DNA of 64,000 bases from Candidatus Eiseniibacteriota bacterium (GCA_044223005.1 JBGAML010000002.1:128001-192000), one strand, 5' to 3'; counted from the first letter of the stretch, positions 13,318 to 26,362 are shown. Made by a program: numbers and translations. Notes: a model not told the origin generated them from the letters alone.

Positions 13318-14328
13318 ATGCAGTATCGCCATCTCGGGGCCTCGGGGCTCCTGGTCTCGGAGATCTCGCTCGGGTCGTGGACCACGTACGGCGGCTCGGT
13401 CGGCGTCGACGACGCGACCCGCATCGTCCGGCGCGCGTTCGAGGCTGGCGTGAACCTGTTCGACACCGCCGACGTGTACGTGAAGGGCGAGGCCGAGCGC
13501 GCGCTGGCGGTGGCGCTCCGCGGCCTGCCGCGCGAGCAGCTCGTGATCGCGACCAAGTGCATGGGGCGCGTTTGGGACGGGCCGCTGGGCCGGGGGCTCT
13601 CGCGCAAGCACATCTTCGACGCGTGCGACCAGAGCCTGCGGCGCCTGGGGCTGGACTACATCGACCTCTACCAGTTCCACGCGCCCGACGCGCAGGCGCC
13701 GATCGAGGAATCGCTGCGCGCGTTCGAGGACCTCGTGCGCATGGGCAAGGTCCGGTACGTGGGCTTCTCCAACTTCGATCACGATCCGAAGCTCGCGGCG
13801 CAGGTGGCGGCGATCCAGAAGCGCGAACGCTGGACGCGCATGATCTCGTCGCAGCCGCGCTGGAACCTGCTCGACCGCCACGTCGAGCGGGAGCACGTGG
13901 CGTACTGCCGCCGCAACGGCGTCGGGATGATCGTGTACTCGCCGCTCGCACAGGGCGTGCTGACCAACAAGTACGCCGGCGGCGCCCGTCCGGACGGCAG
14001 CCGTGCGACGGGCGCGTTCGCGCACTTCCTCGAATCCGAGAAGGCGCTGACGCCGGAGAACGTCGCGGCCGCCGAACGCTTCGGCGCGTGGTGCGCGGCG
14101 CGGAACCTGGAGCCGGCGGCGGTGGCGATCGCGTGGGTGCTCACGCACGACCTGGTCTCGAGCGCCATTGTCGGCGCCTCGACCGTGGCCCAGTTCGAGC
14201 AGAACCTGGGCGCGCTCGACGTCGAACTCTCGCCGGCCGAGTGGCGCGAGGCCGAGCGCGTGGTCGCGGGCGGGCGCGCCCGCGCGACGGCAAAGCGGAC
14301 GCGCGCGACGGCACGCCGCCGGAAGTAG
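13318..14328 (+). CDS. Aldo/keto reductase (Kv-beta/Tas-like)
   Basis: LGASGLLVSEISLGSW, FDTADVY, SLRRLGLDYIDLYQFH and YSPLAQG; GGAG RBS. Confidence 0.95.
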   Translation: MQYRHLGASGLLVSEISLGSWTTYGGSVGVDDATRIVRRAFEAGVNLFDTADVYVKGEAERALAVALRGLPREQLVIATKCMGRVWDGPLGRGLSRKHIFDACDQSLRRLGLDYIDLYQFHAPDAQAPIEESLRAFEDLVRMGKVRYVGFSNFDHDPKLAAQVAAIQKRERWTRMISSQPRWNLLDRHVEREHVAYCRRNGVGMIVYSPLAQGVLTNKYAGGARPDGSRATGAFAHFLESEKALTPENVAAAERFGAWCAARNLEPAAVAIAWVLTHDLVSSAIVGASTVAQFEQNLGALDVELSPAEWREAERVVAGGRARATAKRTRATARRRK

Positions 14329-14346
14329 CGGCCGGGCGCGCGGCGC

Positions 14347-15198
14347 TCAGGCGGCCGCGCGTACCTCGCCGGCTTCGAAGAGCGGCTCGACGTGCAGCAC
14401 GAGCACGAGGTCGGAGGGATTCTCCGAGCGCCGCGCGATCGCCGCGAGTGACTCGCGTGCCGTGGCGTCGAACGTGTCCGGCACCGCGGAGAGGTCGCCG
14501 TCCTTCAGGATCTCGACGGCTTCGGCGCCGTCGACGACCACGGCGACACGGCGCGCGCCGGATTCGAGCACGACGGCCAGCTCGCGCGTCCCGGTCTTCA
14601 CGCCGGCGACCGCCTGGGCGAAGAGGGCGACCAGCCGCTCGAGCGTGGTGGAGCGGGTCGCCTCGATCGCCGCGAGGGCCCCGGCCGCGTCGCCGCGCGT
14701 CGCGCGAGCCAGTACCTCGTCGGCGAGCGCGTGGATGGCGCGGTGCGGCGCGTCGAACGCGTCCCAGACCATCTGGAGGGCCAGGTTGTCGGGCCGGTAG
14801 CTGGCGTACCACCTGCCGAACGCGCACATGCGGGGATCGCGCGCGAGCTCGAACTCGCGGTTCTCGCGCACACATGCCTCGAGTTCGCCGATCCAGCGCA
14901 GGTGGTCGGCCTTGCGCGCCTCGAGCAGGTTCACGAGTTCGCGGGTCTCGTCCGCATTCGGTGGCAGGCCGAGCCGCACACGCAGGTCCACGACGGGCAT
15001 CACTTCGCCACGGATGTTCGCCACGCCACGCACCTGCGCGGGCGCTCCGGGAATCCGCGAGGTGCGCGGTGCCATGAGGATCTCGCGAACGGTGTCGGTG
15101 GGCACCGCGACGAGCTGTTTCTGGACGCACAGGAGGAGATGGAGCCGGCCGCTGGAGTTCGCCGCATCGCTGCGCGCATCGTTGACCGTGTCGTGCAC
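14347..15198 (-). CDS. CheW-like protein with internal CZB (chemoreceptor zinc-binding) domain
   Basis: CheW segments (IPGAPAQVRGVANIRGEVMPVVDLR; VAVVVDGAEAVE) flank DHLRW...CAFGRWY...PHRAIH; AAGGAG RBS. Confidence 0.88.
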   Translation of the reverse strand: MHDTVNDARSDAANSSGRLHLLLCVQKQLVAVPTDTVREILMAPRTSRIPGAPAQVRGVANIRGEVMPVVDLRVRLGLPPNADETRELVNLLEARKADHLRWIGELEACVRENREFELARDPRMCAFGRWYASYRPDNLALQMVWDAFDAPHRAIHALADEVLARATRGDAAGALAAIEATRSTTLERLVALFAQAVAGVKTGTRELAVVLESGARRVAVVVDGAEAVEILKDGDLSAVPDTFDATARESLAAIARRSENPSDLVLVLHVEPLFEAGEVRAAA

Positions 15199-15275
15199 GA
15201 TCGTCTCCTTGAAGGGGGACAGGCCCGGGAGTCGAGTCGCTGCCGCGGGGGCTCACGGCGGGTGCGTCCTCGCTA

Positions 15276-15302
15276 GTCTCGGCGCGGCTGCTGAGAGCTT
15301 GA
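15276..15302 (-). promoter_or_regulatory. Sigma28 (FliA)-like promoter
   Basis: Minus strand reads TCAA-N15-GCCGAGAC versus consensus TAAA-N15-GCCGATAA, about 80 nt upstream of a chemotaxis gene. Confidence 0.65.
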
Positions 15303-15752
15303 TCTCGGCAAGGCGCGAGCGGCGCGAGTGACGTGTCGGCGGGGATTTGCGGGCTCGGTGCCCGCGTTCCCGGCGGCGCCGCGTTCGCGGGCGCGCGACG
15401 ATGGCCCTCGGCGCGTTTCGGCGAGCCGGATGCCCGTGCGCGCCGCTCGTCTTCGCACGCGGCGCGTGCGTTCCGTATTCGCGCGCAATCGGCCGAACAT
15501 CCGGAGCGCGCGGTGCCGAGTGCCAGCGAGGTGGCGCCCGCCGAGGCGCCAACGTTGCTGTCACCACCCGCACCACTCGCACCGCCCGCGTCGCACCACT
15601 TTCGCCCGGCCGCCAAGAGCTGCGTGGCACGCTCGACGCCGATGCGCACGCCGACCTGCGCGCCGTGCTGCGAGCGTCCGCGCCTTTCCCGCCGCCGTGC
15701 GGCACGCGCGCGGGCCGCCGTCCGCGCAGACGTCCCGGCCGCACACCCCGCG

Positions 15753-17042
<1,290 letters not shown>

Positions 17043-17123
17043 GGGCGCGCACGGTAGCAGACGCCGCGGCGGGGTGCGGCGCGCGGGCCGCACCCCGCCG
17101 CGTAGGTCCGCCGGGCCCACGGT

Positions 17124-17158
17124 CCGACCGCTCGTCCCGGCGGCCGACCGCTCGTCCC
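17124..17158 (+). repeat. Perfect 15-bp direct repeat CCGACCGCTCGTCCC with 20-bp period; candidate LytTR binding site
   Basis: Copies at 17124-17138 and 17144-17158, upstream of the hydrolase-kinase-LytTR operon. Confidence 0.7.
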
Positions 17159-17226
17159 AGTTCGCTGTCGGCTCCGTGGCCGCTGCGGTTTCCTCCCGGT
17201 GTCCCGAACTCCCGGAGGAACCACAC

Positions 17227-18171
17227 ATGCGCACCTGTACTCGTCCCGCGCTCGCCGTGATCGTGGCGATCGTCGTCGCGATCACCAGCGGCTCCGCCGC
17301 AAAACCCGCTTCCGAGCCCGCCGGCTCCGCCGCGAACCGGACCGACAACGCGGTCCTCCACGTCGAGCGCAGCGGTCACGGCCGGCCCATGATCCTGATC
17401 CCCGGGCTCACGTGTTCGGGCGGCGTGTGGGCGGACGCCGCGAAGCACTTCGCCGACCGCTTCGAGTGCCACGTGGTGACGCTCGGCGGTTTCGGCGGCC
17501 AGCCGCGCTACGACGGACCGTTCCTGCAGACCGCCCGCGATTCGCTGCTCGCGTACGTGCGCGCTCGCCGGCTCGAGGGCGCCGTGGTCGTCGGGCATTC
17601 GCTGGGCGGCGTGCTCGCGCTGCAGATGGGCATCGAACGCCCCGACGACTTCGCCGGGCTCGTGATCGTGGACGCGCTGCCGTTCCTGGGCGGCGCCGGT
17701 GACTCCAACGCGACGGAAGCGTCGGCGAAGGCCGCCATGGAGCCCATGCGCGTGATGATCCGGTCGCAGACGAAGGAGCAGTTCCAGGCGTTCGAGCGCA
17801 TGTCGCCGTACGTGGACGGACTCGTCAGCGGCGCTGCGGACCGTGCGCGCGTACGCCAGATGGGCGTCGATTCGGACCCGGCCTCGACCGCCGACGCCAT
17901 GGCCGAGACCAACAGCACCGACCTGCGTTCACGGATGGGCGACATCCGCGCGCCGCTGCTGGTATTGGGCTCGTGGTACGGTCTGCGCGAGTACACCACG
18001 CGCGAGCGCGTGGACAGCCTCTATCGCGCCCAGTACGCGGGTGCGAAGTCGTTCCGGTTCGCGCTGGCCGATACGGCCCGGCACTTCATCATGCTCGACG
18101 CTCCGGAGTGGACGTGGTCCCAGATGGACGCCTTCCTGGCGGGCCTGCCGAAGCCGCACGGCCGCCGCTGA
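17227..18171 (+). CDS. Secreted alpha/beta hydrolase
   Basis: Signal peptide, LIPGL, GHSLGG and HFIMLD; GGAGG RBS. Confidence 0.9.
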   Translation: MRTCTRPALAVIVAIVVAITSGSAAKPASEPAGSAANRTDNAVLHVERSGHGRPMILIPGLTCSGGVWADAAKHFADRFECHVVTLGGFGGQPRYDGPFLQTARDSLLAYVRARRLEGAVVVGHSLGGVLALQMGIERPDDFAGLVIVDALPFLGGAGDSNATEASAKAAMEPMRVMIRSQTKEQFQAFERMSPYVDGLVSGAADRARVRQMGVDSDPASTADAMAETNSTDLRSRMGDIRAPLLVLGSWYGLREYTTRERVDSLYRAQYAGAKSFRFALADTARHFIMLDAPEWTWSQMDAFLAGLPKPHGRR

Positions 18172-19220
18172 CACCGGCCGCGCCGCGCGGCAATCCGCGG
18201 ACGTACGCCGTCCTGCAGTTCGCCGGCTGGACGGCGTACGCCCTGCTGGGGCTGGTGATCACGCGCCAGTTCCAGGCGCTGACGCCCCGCTACGCCGCGA
18301 CGATCGTGTTCGGGTGCGGGCTCGCGGCCCTGTTCACGCACGCGCTGCGCGCGCTCGCGCACGCACGCGGCTGGTTCGCCCTGCCGCTGCCGGCGCTCGT
18401 GCTGAGGTTCGTCCCGGCCGCGCTGGTCGCCGCGGCACTCGAGGTGGCGATCGTGCTCGTGGCCGGTGTCTGGGGCTTCCGGGCGTACCGCTGGCAGGGG
18501 ACCACCGCCGCGATCCTGCTCGCCGCCTACTTCAACTGGAGCTTCGCGTACCTGCTCTGGCTCGCGTTCTACACCACGGCGGTCGCGTTCCGGCGCTACC
18601 GCTGGGCGGAGATCCGGCGGCTGCAACTCGAGGTCTCGACGCGCGACGCGTAGCTGGACGCGCTCGCCGCGCGCATCCAGCCGCACTTCTTCTTCAACGC
18701 CATGAACGGCCTGCGCTCGCTGATCGCCGAGGATCCCGAGCGCGCGCGCATCATGACGACGCAGATCGCGAACCTCATGCGCTACGCGCTGCAGGCCGGG
18801 CAGCGCGATCGCGTGCGGCTCGCCGATGAACTCGAGGCCGTGCGCGACTACCTCGGCATCGAGGGCGCCCGGCTGGAAGCGCGTCTCGCGTGGACGATCG
18901 CCGCCGACGCCGCCGATCCGGCCGCGCTGCTGCCGCCGATGCTGCTGCAGACGCTGGTCGAGAACGCGATCAAGCATGGGGTCGCGGCGACACGCGAGGG
19001 CGGGGCCGTGCGCATCGAGGCCCGCACGCCGGCCGATGCGCTCGAGCTGGTCGTGGAGAACCCGGGCCGGCTCGCGGCCGTTCCGGGCGAGGGCCACGGC
19101 CTCGCGCTCGTGCGCGAGCGGCTGCGCCTGCTCTACGGAGACGCCGGCTCGCTGGTGCTGCGCGAGGACGCCGGCCGCGTGCTTGCCGAAGTGCGGATCC
19201 CGCTGGAGCGCGCGTCGTGA
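18168..19220 (+). pseudogene. LytS/YehU-type membrane sensor histidine kinase interrupted by an in-frame TAG (18651-18653)
   Basis: One frame reads TM region...RDA*LDALAARIQPHFFFNAMN...LQTLVENAIKHG...GHGLALVRERL. Start uncertain (CTG 18168 or GTG 18114). Confidence 0.8.
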
Positions 19221-19921
19221 AGGCGCTGATCGTCGACGACGAGCCGCTCGCGCGCCGCGAGCTGCGGCGGCTGCTCGCGGCGCACCCGGAGGTCGAGATC
19301 GTCGGCGAGGCCGGGGACGCAGCCGAGGCCGCCGAACAGATCGCCTCGCTGGCGCCCGATCTCGTGCTGCTCGACGTCCGCATGCCGGGCCGCGACGGGT
19401 TCGAGCTGCTCGAGTCGCTCGACCATGCGCCGCACGTGGTGTTCACGACGGCGTACGACGACCGCGCGATCGCCGCCTTCGAGGTGGGCGCGGTCGACTA
19501 CCTGCTCAAGCCCGTCGTGCCCGAGCGGCTCGCCGCGGCGATCGCCCGCGTCGAGGAGCGGCTCGCCGGGCCGCGCGTGGCGTGGCTGCCCGCCGACCGG
19601 CCGCTGCTCGTCCGCGACGGCGGCCGCAGCTGGCTGGTCCGGCTGCGCGACGTCGAGGTGTTCGAGGCCTGCGGGAACTACGCGCAGGTCCATTTCGGCG
19701 GCGAGCGGCCGTTGCTCCTGCGATCGCTGCAGCAGCTGGAGGAACGCCTCGATCCCGAGGTGTTCTTCCGCGCGAGCCGCACGCACCTGTTGAACCTCGA
19801 GCACGTCTCGGCGCTCGAGACCGGCGAACGAGGCGAACTCGTGGCGGTGCTCGCGAGTGGCCGCCGCGTGCCGTTCTCGCGCCGCCAGTCGCTCGCGTTC
19901 CGGCGCCGGCGCAGCCTCTGA
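19217..19921 (+). CDS. LytTR-family response regulator
   Basis: IVDDEPLAR, LLDVRMPG, FTTAYD, DYLLKP, and LytTR domain (GNY, FFRASR). Confidence 0.95.
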   Translation: MKALIVDDEPLARRELRRLLAAHPEVEIVGEAGDAAEAAEQIASLAPDLVLLDVRMPGRDGFELLESLDHAPHVVFTTAYDDRAIAAFEVGAVDYLLKPVVPERLAAAIARVEERLAGPRVAWLPADRPLLVRDGGRSWLVRLRDVEVFEACGNYAQVHFGGERPLLLRSLQQLEERLDPEVFFRASRTHLLNLEHVSALETGERGELVAVLASGRRVPFSRRQSLAFRRRRSL

Positions 19922-20025
19922 GCGCGGCCGCGCGCTCGTCCGATCGCGGTGGCGACACGCAAGAGCCTCGGGCTAGTATGCCTCGGCGGCTTTCACGTCA
20001 CAGCGAACGGAGAGGAGGTGACCCC

Positions 20026-21942
20026 ATGCGACAGGAACGTCTCACGACGCCCTGGGTGCGCGAGAATGGCGCCCTGCGGCCCGCGACCTGGGCCGAGGCC
20101 CTCGAGCGCGCGGCGGCCGGATTCGCCGCGGCGCGCGACCAGGGACCGCAGGCCTTCGGCCTGTTCAGCTGCTCGAAGTCGACCAACGAGATGAACTTCG
20201 CCGCGCAGAAGTTCGCGCGGCAGGTGATGGGCACGAACAACATCGATTCCTGCAACCGAACTTGACACGCTCCCAGCGTCGTCGGTCTGGCGACGGTGTT
20301 CGGTGCGGGCGGCGGCACCAGCTCGTACCGTGAAGTCGAGAGCGCGGACGTCATCGTCCTCTGGGGTTCGAACGCGCGCGAAGCGCACCCCATCTTCTTC
20401 CATCATGTCCTGAAGGGGGTTCACCGGGGCGCGAAGCTGTTCGTCGTCGATCCGCGGCGCACCACCTCCGCGCAGTGGGCGGACGCGTGGCTCGGCCTCG
20501 GCGTCGGCACCGACATCGCGCTTTCCAACACGATCGCGCGCGAGATCCTCGCGGCCGGCCTCGAGCACCGCGAGTTCGTCGCGCGCGCCACGACGAACTT
20601 CGAGGCGTACCGGGCATCCGTGCAGCCGTGGACGCTCGAGCGTGGCGCGGCGGTCACCGGCGTGCCCGCGGAGCGCATCCGCGAACTGGCGCACGCGTAC
20701 GCGCGCGCGCCGCACGCGCAGCTCTGCTGGACGCTCGGCATCACCGAGCACCACAACGCCGTCGACAACGTGCTCGCGCTGATCAACCTCGCGCTGCTCT
20801 GCGGTCACGTGGGCCGCCGCGGTTCGGGGGTGCAGCCGCTGCGCGGGCAGAACAACGTGCAGGGCGGCGGCGACATGGGCGCGATCCCGAACAAGCTGCC
20901 CGGTTTCCAGGACATCGAGAAGGACGCCACCGCGCGCGCGAAGTTCGAGGCCGCGTGGAGCACGCGCATCGTCCCGAAGTACGGCATGCACCTGACCGCG
21001 ATGTTCGAGGCGATGGAGCACGGCACCCTGAAGAGCGCGTGGATCATCGGCGAGAATCCCGCGCAGTCCGAGGCCGACGGCCAGCGCTGCCGCCGTCTGC
21101 TTTCGAGTCTCGACCACCTCGTCGTCTCCGACCTCGTGATGACCGCGACCGCCGAGCTCGCGCACGTCGTGCTGCCGTCGGCCGCCGGCTGGTGCGAGAG
21201 CGAGGGCACGGTCACCTCCAGCGAGCGGCGCGTGCAGCGCGTGCGCAAGGCGCTCGAGCCGCCGGCCGGTGCGCGTGACGACATCGACGTGATCGCCGAA
21301 ATGGCGCGACGGCTCGGCCGCGACTGGGGCCACCCGACGCCGGAGCAGCTGTGGAACGAACTGCGCGCGCTCTCGCCGATGCACGCGGGCATGAGCTGGG
21401 CGCGGCTCGAAGCACTGGGCGGCATCGCGTGGCCGTGCCCGGACGAGCAGAGCCCGGGGGCGGAGTTCCTGCACGGCCGCCTGTGGGAGGCCGATCCCGC
21501 GAAACGCGGCGAGCCCGCGCCGTTCTCGGTCGTCGAGGACGAGGGTCCCGTCGACGCGCTCTCGCCCGAGTTCCCGCTGCGGCTCACGACGGGACGCCGG
21601 CTCGATTCGTTCAACACCGGCGTGCAGACACGCGCGTACGCGTCACCCAACCGCAACGACCATCCGCTGTTCCTCGCGCCCGAGGACGCCACCGCGCTCG
21701 GCGTGGGCGAGGGCGAACGCGTGCGCGTGGTCTCGCGCCGCGGCGCGATCGAGACCGTGGTCGCCGTGGACGAGACGCTGTGGCCGGGGCTCGCGTTCAT
21801 GACCCCGCACGCGCCGGATCTCGCCGACACCAACGTGCTGACGATCGACGCGACCGACCCGAAGGCGGGCACGGCCGAGTTCAAGGCCAGCGCCATCCGC
21901 GTCGAGCCGCTCGCGGCCGCGACGCGGACGCGAAAGGACTGA
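20026..21942 (+). CDS. Selenocysteine-containing formate dehydrogenase catalytic (Mo/W-bisPGD) subunit
   Basis: NNIDSCNRT-TGA-HAPS (in-frame TGA 20263-20265 at the Cys/Sec-His site), PLRGQNNVQG, EGTVTSSERRVQ and LTTGR; GGAGG RBS. Confidence 0.92.
20263..20295 (+). promoter_or_regulatory. UGA(Sec) codon plus bacterial SECIS hairpin
   Basis: TGA, 11 nt, then stem CGTCGTC / loop GGTCT / GGCGACG; resembles the E. coli fdhF SECIS layout. Confidence 0.8.
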
Positions 21943-21943
21943 C

Positions 21944-23787
<1,844 letters not shown>

Positions 23788-23791
<4 letters not shown>

Positions 23792-24726
23792 GCGCCCCGA
23801 CCCGCACGATCGCGATCACCGTCGACGGCGCGCCCGTGCGCGTGCCCGAAGGCGCCACGCTGCTCGAGGCGCTGCGCTCGGTCGGCGTGGACACGCCGAC
23901 GCTCTGCTTCCTCGAGACGCTCACGCCCGTCAACGTCTGTCGTGTGTGCGTGGTCGAGGTGGAGGGCTCGCGCGCGCTGGTGCCCTCGTGTTCGCGCCAC
24001 GCCGAGGAGGGCATGGTCGTCCACACCGACTCCGGCCGCGTGCGGCACGCGCGCAAGCTCGTGTTCGAGATGCTCGGCTCCTCGGTGGATCTCTCGCGCT
24101 GCGGCGCCGACGTCACACGCTGGATGTCGCGCTACGGCGCCGAGCCCGCACGCTTCGGCACTCCCGCGCCGGCGGCCGCCGCGGGCGTCCGCGACGCGGC
24201 GCACGCCGGACACCATCCCGTGCCCGACGCCGCGCGGGCACAGAACGTGTCGCAGCCCGTCAAGATCGACAACGAGCTCTACGTGCGCGACTACGCGCGC
24301 TGCATCCTCTGCTACAAGTGCGTCGAGGCGTGCGGCGAGGACGCGCAGAACACGTTCGCGATCGCCGTCGCCGGGCGCGGGTTCGACGCGCGCATCTCGA
24401 CCGAGTTCGCGGTTCCGCTCACGGATTCGGCGTGCGTCTACTGCGGCAATTGCATCGGCGTCTGTCCCACGGGCGCACTCGTGCCCAAGCGCGAGCACGA
24501 CCTGCGCGTCGCGGGCGAGTGGGACGAGTCGAAGCAGACCGTGACGCGCACCGTGTGCACCTATTGCGGCGTCGGCTGCAACCTCGAGCTGCACGTGCAG
24601 GACAACACGATCGTCAAGGTCACTTCGCCCATGGACCACGACGTCACGAACGGCCACCTGTGCATCAAGGGCCGGTTCGGTTTCGAGTTCGTGCAGGTGC
24701 GCGAGAAGGGCGAGGGGCATTCGTGA
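23788..24726 (+). CDS. 2Fe-2S / 4Fe-4S protein equivalent to the N-terminal head of FdhA/NuoG
   Basis: PTLC...CRVC...C, CILCYKC, CVYCGNCIGVCP, and C-terminal CTYCGVGC...LCIKG. Confidence 0.92.
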
Positions 24727-25322
24727 GGATCGAGGCGAAGACGCCGAAGGAGTACCTCGCCGCGCTGCCGGCCGATCGCCGCGAGGCGATCGCGACGCTG
24801 CGCGATCTCGTGAACGCGAACCTGCCGAAGGGCTATCGCGAGACGATCGGCTACGGGATGATCGCCTGGGTGGTGCCGCTCGAGACCTGCCCGGACACGT
24901 ACAACGGCGATGCCCTCGTCTACGCGGGACTCGCGAGCCAGAAGCAGTCCATGTCGCTCTACCTGATGACCGTCTACGGCGACCCGGCGACCGAGAAGCG
25001 CTTCCGGGACGCGTTCGCGAAGGCCGGCAAGAAGCTCGACATGGGCAAGTCGTGCGTGCGCTTCCGCTCGCGGGACGCGCTGCACCTGCCGGCGGTCGCC
25101 GACGCGATTCGCTGCTGCTCCGTGACCGAGTACGTGCGCCGCGCCAGAGCCGCATGGGATCCCGCGAACAAGCGGGCACGCCGCGAGGCCGCGGCGAAGG
25201 CGAAGGGCACCGGGAAGGCGAAGCCGGCCGCGACGAAGCGGGCCGCCGCGAAGGCGAAGCCCACCGCGAAGAAGAAAGCCGCGCGCCAGCGCGACGTCCG
25301 CGCCGCGCGCGGCGGACGCTGA
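24723..25322 (+). CDS. DUF1801 (YdhG-like) protein with Lys/Ala-rich tail
   Basis: YLAALPADRR, YGMIAWVVP, LASQKQSMSLY and MGKSCVRF; basic low-complexity C-terminus. Confidence 0.85.
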   Translation: MRIEAKTPKEYLAALPADRREAIATLRDLVNANLPKGYRETIGYGMIAWVVPLETCPDTYNGDALVYAGLASQKQSMSLYLMTVYGDPATEKRFRDAFAKAGKKLDMGKSCVRFRSRDALHLPAVADAIRCCSVTEYVRRARAAWDPANKRARREAAAKAKGTGKAKPAATKRAAAKAKPTAKKKAARQRDVRAARGGR

Positions 25323-25334
25323 CGCCGAAGGCCT

Positions 25335-25378
25335 GAAACGACGCGGGGCCGGGATCGCTCCCGGCCCCGCGTCGTTTC
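25335..25378. terminator. Bidirectional intrinsic terminator
   Basis: Perfect 20-bp stem GAAACGACGCGGGGCCGGGA with TCGC loop, between convergent genes. Confidence 0.85.
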
Positions 25379-25389
25379 GCATCGTGTCG

Positions 25390-26316
25390 CTACCAGCGCG
25401 GCGGCTGCGCGAAGCCGACCTCGCCGCGGTCCCGCTCGCGCACCCGGTCGCGGTCCGGGAAGATCCCGAGCGCCCGCAGGCCCGACGCGTACTCGTAGCG
25501 GAACGTGATCCGGTCGGTCGCCGTGCGCTGCGCGGTGAACTCGACCTGCTGCACCGGGTCGCTGCGGTGGTCACCCCAGCCCGTCCCGGGAACCGCTTCG
25601 TTCTGCGCCATCCCGCCCTCGGCCGCCTGCTTGCGCAGCGCGTCCGTCTTCATGGGCGCCTGGGCCTCGCTGCGGCCCGCGGTCGGCGCCGGGGGCGCCG
25701 CCTGCGGCGCCGCGCCTCGCTCGTCGCGCGCCTCGGGCCGGTCGTCGAAGCCCTGCCGACGCTCGCCTTCGTACGTGCGGGCGCGGGGGCGGACTTCCCA
25801 CCACGGCCGCTGCTCCTGGTAGGCGAGCACGCGGATCCAGCCCATGTCGCCGTTCGCCTGGCCCGTGCGCGAGGCGTAGCTGCGTTCCTCGTCCACGAAC
25901 ACGAAGCGGCGGATGTCGTCGAGCGACGTGCGCCAGCCGCGGATCGTCGCCGATTCGTAGGGCCCGAGCACGTACATCGGCTCGCTCGAGGCGAGGCGCG
26001 ACCGTTCACCGTTCACCACGTTGAGACCGTCGACGGCGATCAGGACGCCGACCCGCTGTCCCGTCGTGTTGCGGAGGACGAGCGAGTAGTTGCGGCCCGC
26101 GAACGCCTGGAAGTAGTGGCGATCGTCACCACGCGGCGAGTCGTAGAGCGCCGAGGCGCGGCCGTCGACCTGCACCTGTACGTCGACGATGCGGCCGTCG
26201 GCCCAGGTGTCGCTCGCCCAGACGTAGGCGCGGGCGGGAGAGGCCAGCGCCAGGGCGACGGCGGTCGCGGCCAGCGCGGCGGTCAGCGTCGGGTACACCT
26301 TCTTCGGGGTCAGCAT
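25390..26316 (-). CDS. Secreted hypothetical protein
   Basis: Signal peptide (ARA-YV), conserved-looking core (VLIAVDGLNVVNGE, IRGWRTSLDDIRRFVF, GTGWG); AAGGAG RBS. Confidence 0.85.
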   Translation of the reverse strand: MLTPKKVYPTLTAALAATAVALALASPARAYVWASDTWADGRIVDVQVQVDGRASALYDSPRGDDRHYFQAFAGRNYSLVLRNTTGQRVGVLIAVDGLNVVNGERSRLASSEPMYVLGPYESATIRGWRTSLDDIRRFVFVDEERSYASRTGQANGDMGWIRVLAYQEQRPWWEVRPRARTYEGERRQGFDDRPEARDERGAAPQAAPPAPTAGRSEAQAPMKTDALRKQAAEGGMAQNEAVPGTGWGDHRSDPVQQVEFTAQRTATDRITFRYEYASGLRALGIFPDRDRVRERDRGEVGFAQPPRW

Positions 26317-26362
26317 GGCGTTGCTCCTTTCCCGGAGGGTTGGTGGCGTTCCGGTTCGAGAA

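Noticed and set aside
15199..15330. c-di-GMP riboswitch upstream of cheW-CZB
   Set aside because: No GEMM-like GGCAAAC/GAAA core was seen; a sigma28-like promoter explains the region.
17124..17158. CRISPR or mini-array
   Set aside because: Only two 15-bp copies with a 5-bp spacer, and no cas genes.
18651..18653. Genome-wide TAG reassignment
   Set aside because: TAG ends several complete genes in the window (AKR, the 25390 gene, thrH, lat, amidohydrolase).
20263..20265. FDH pseudogene or TGA-to-Trp/Gly genetic code
   Set aside because: TGA is the main stop codon here; this one is at the catalytic Sec position and has a SECIS-like hairpin.
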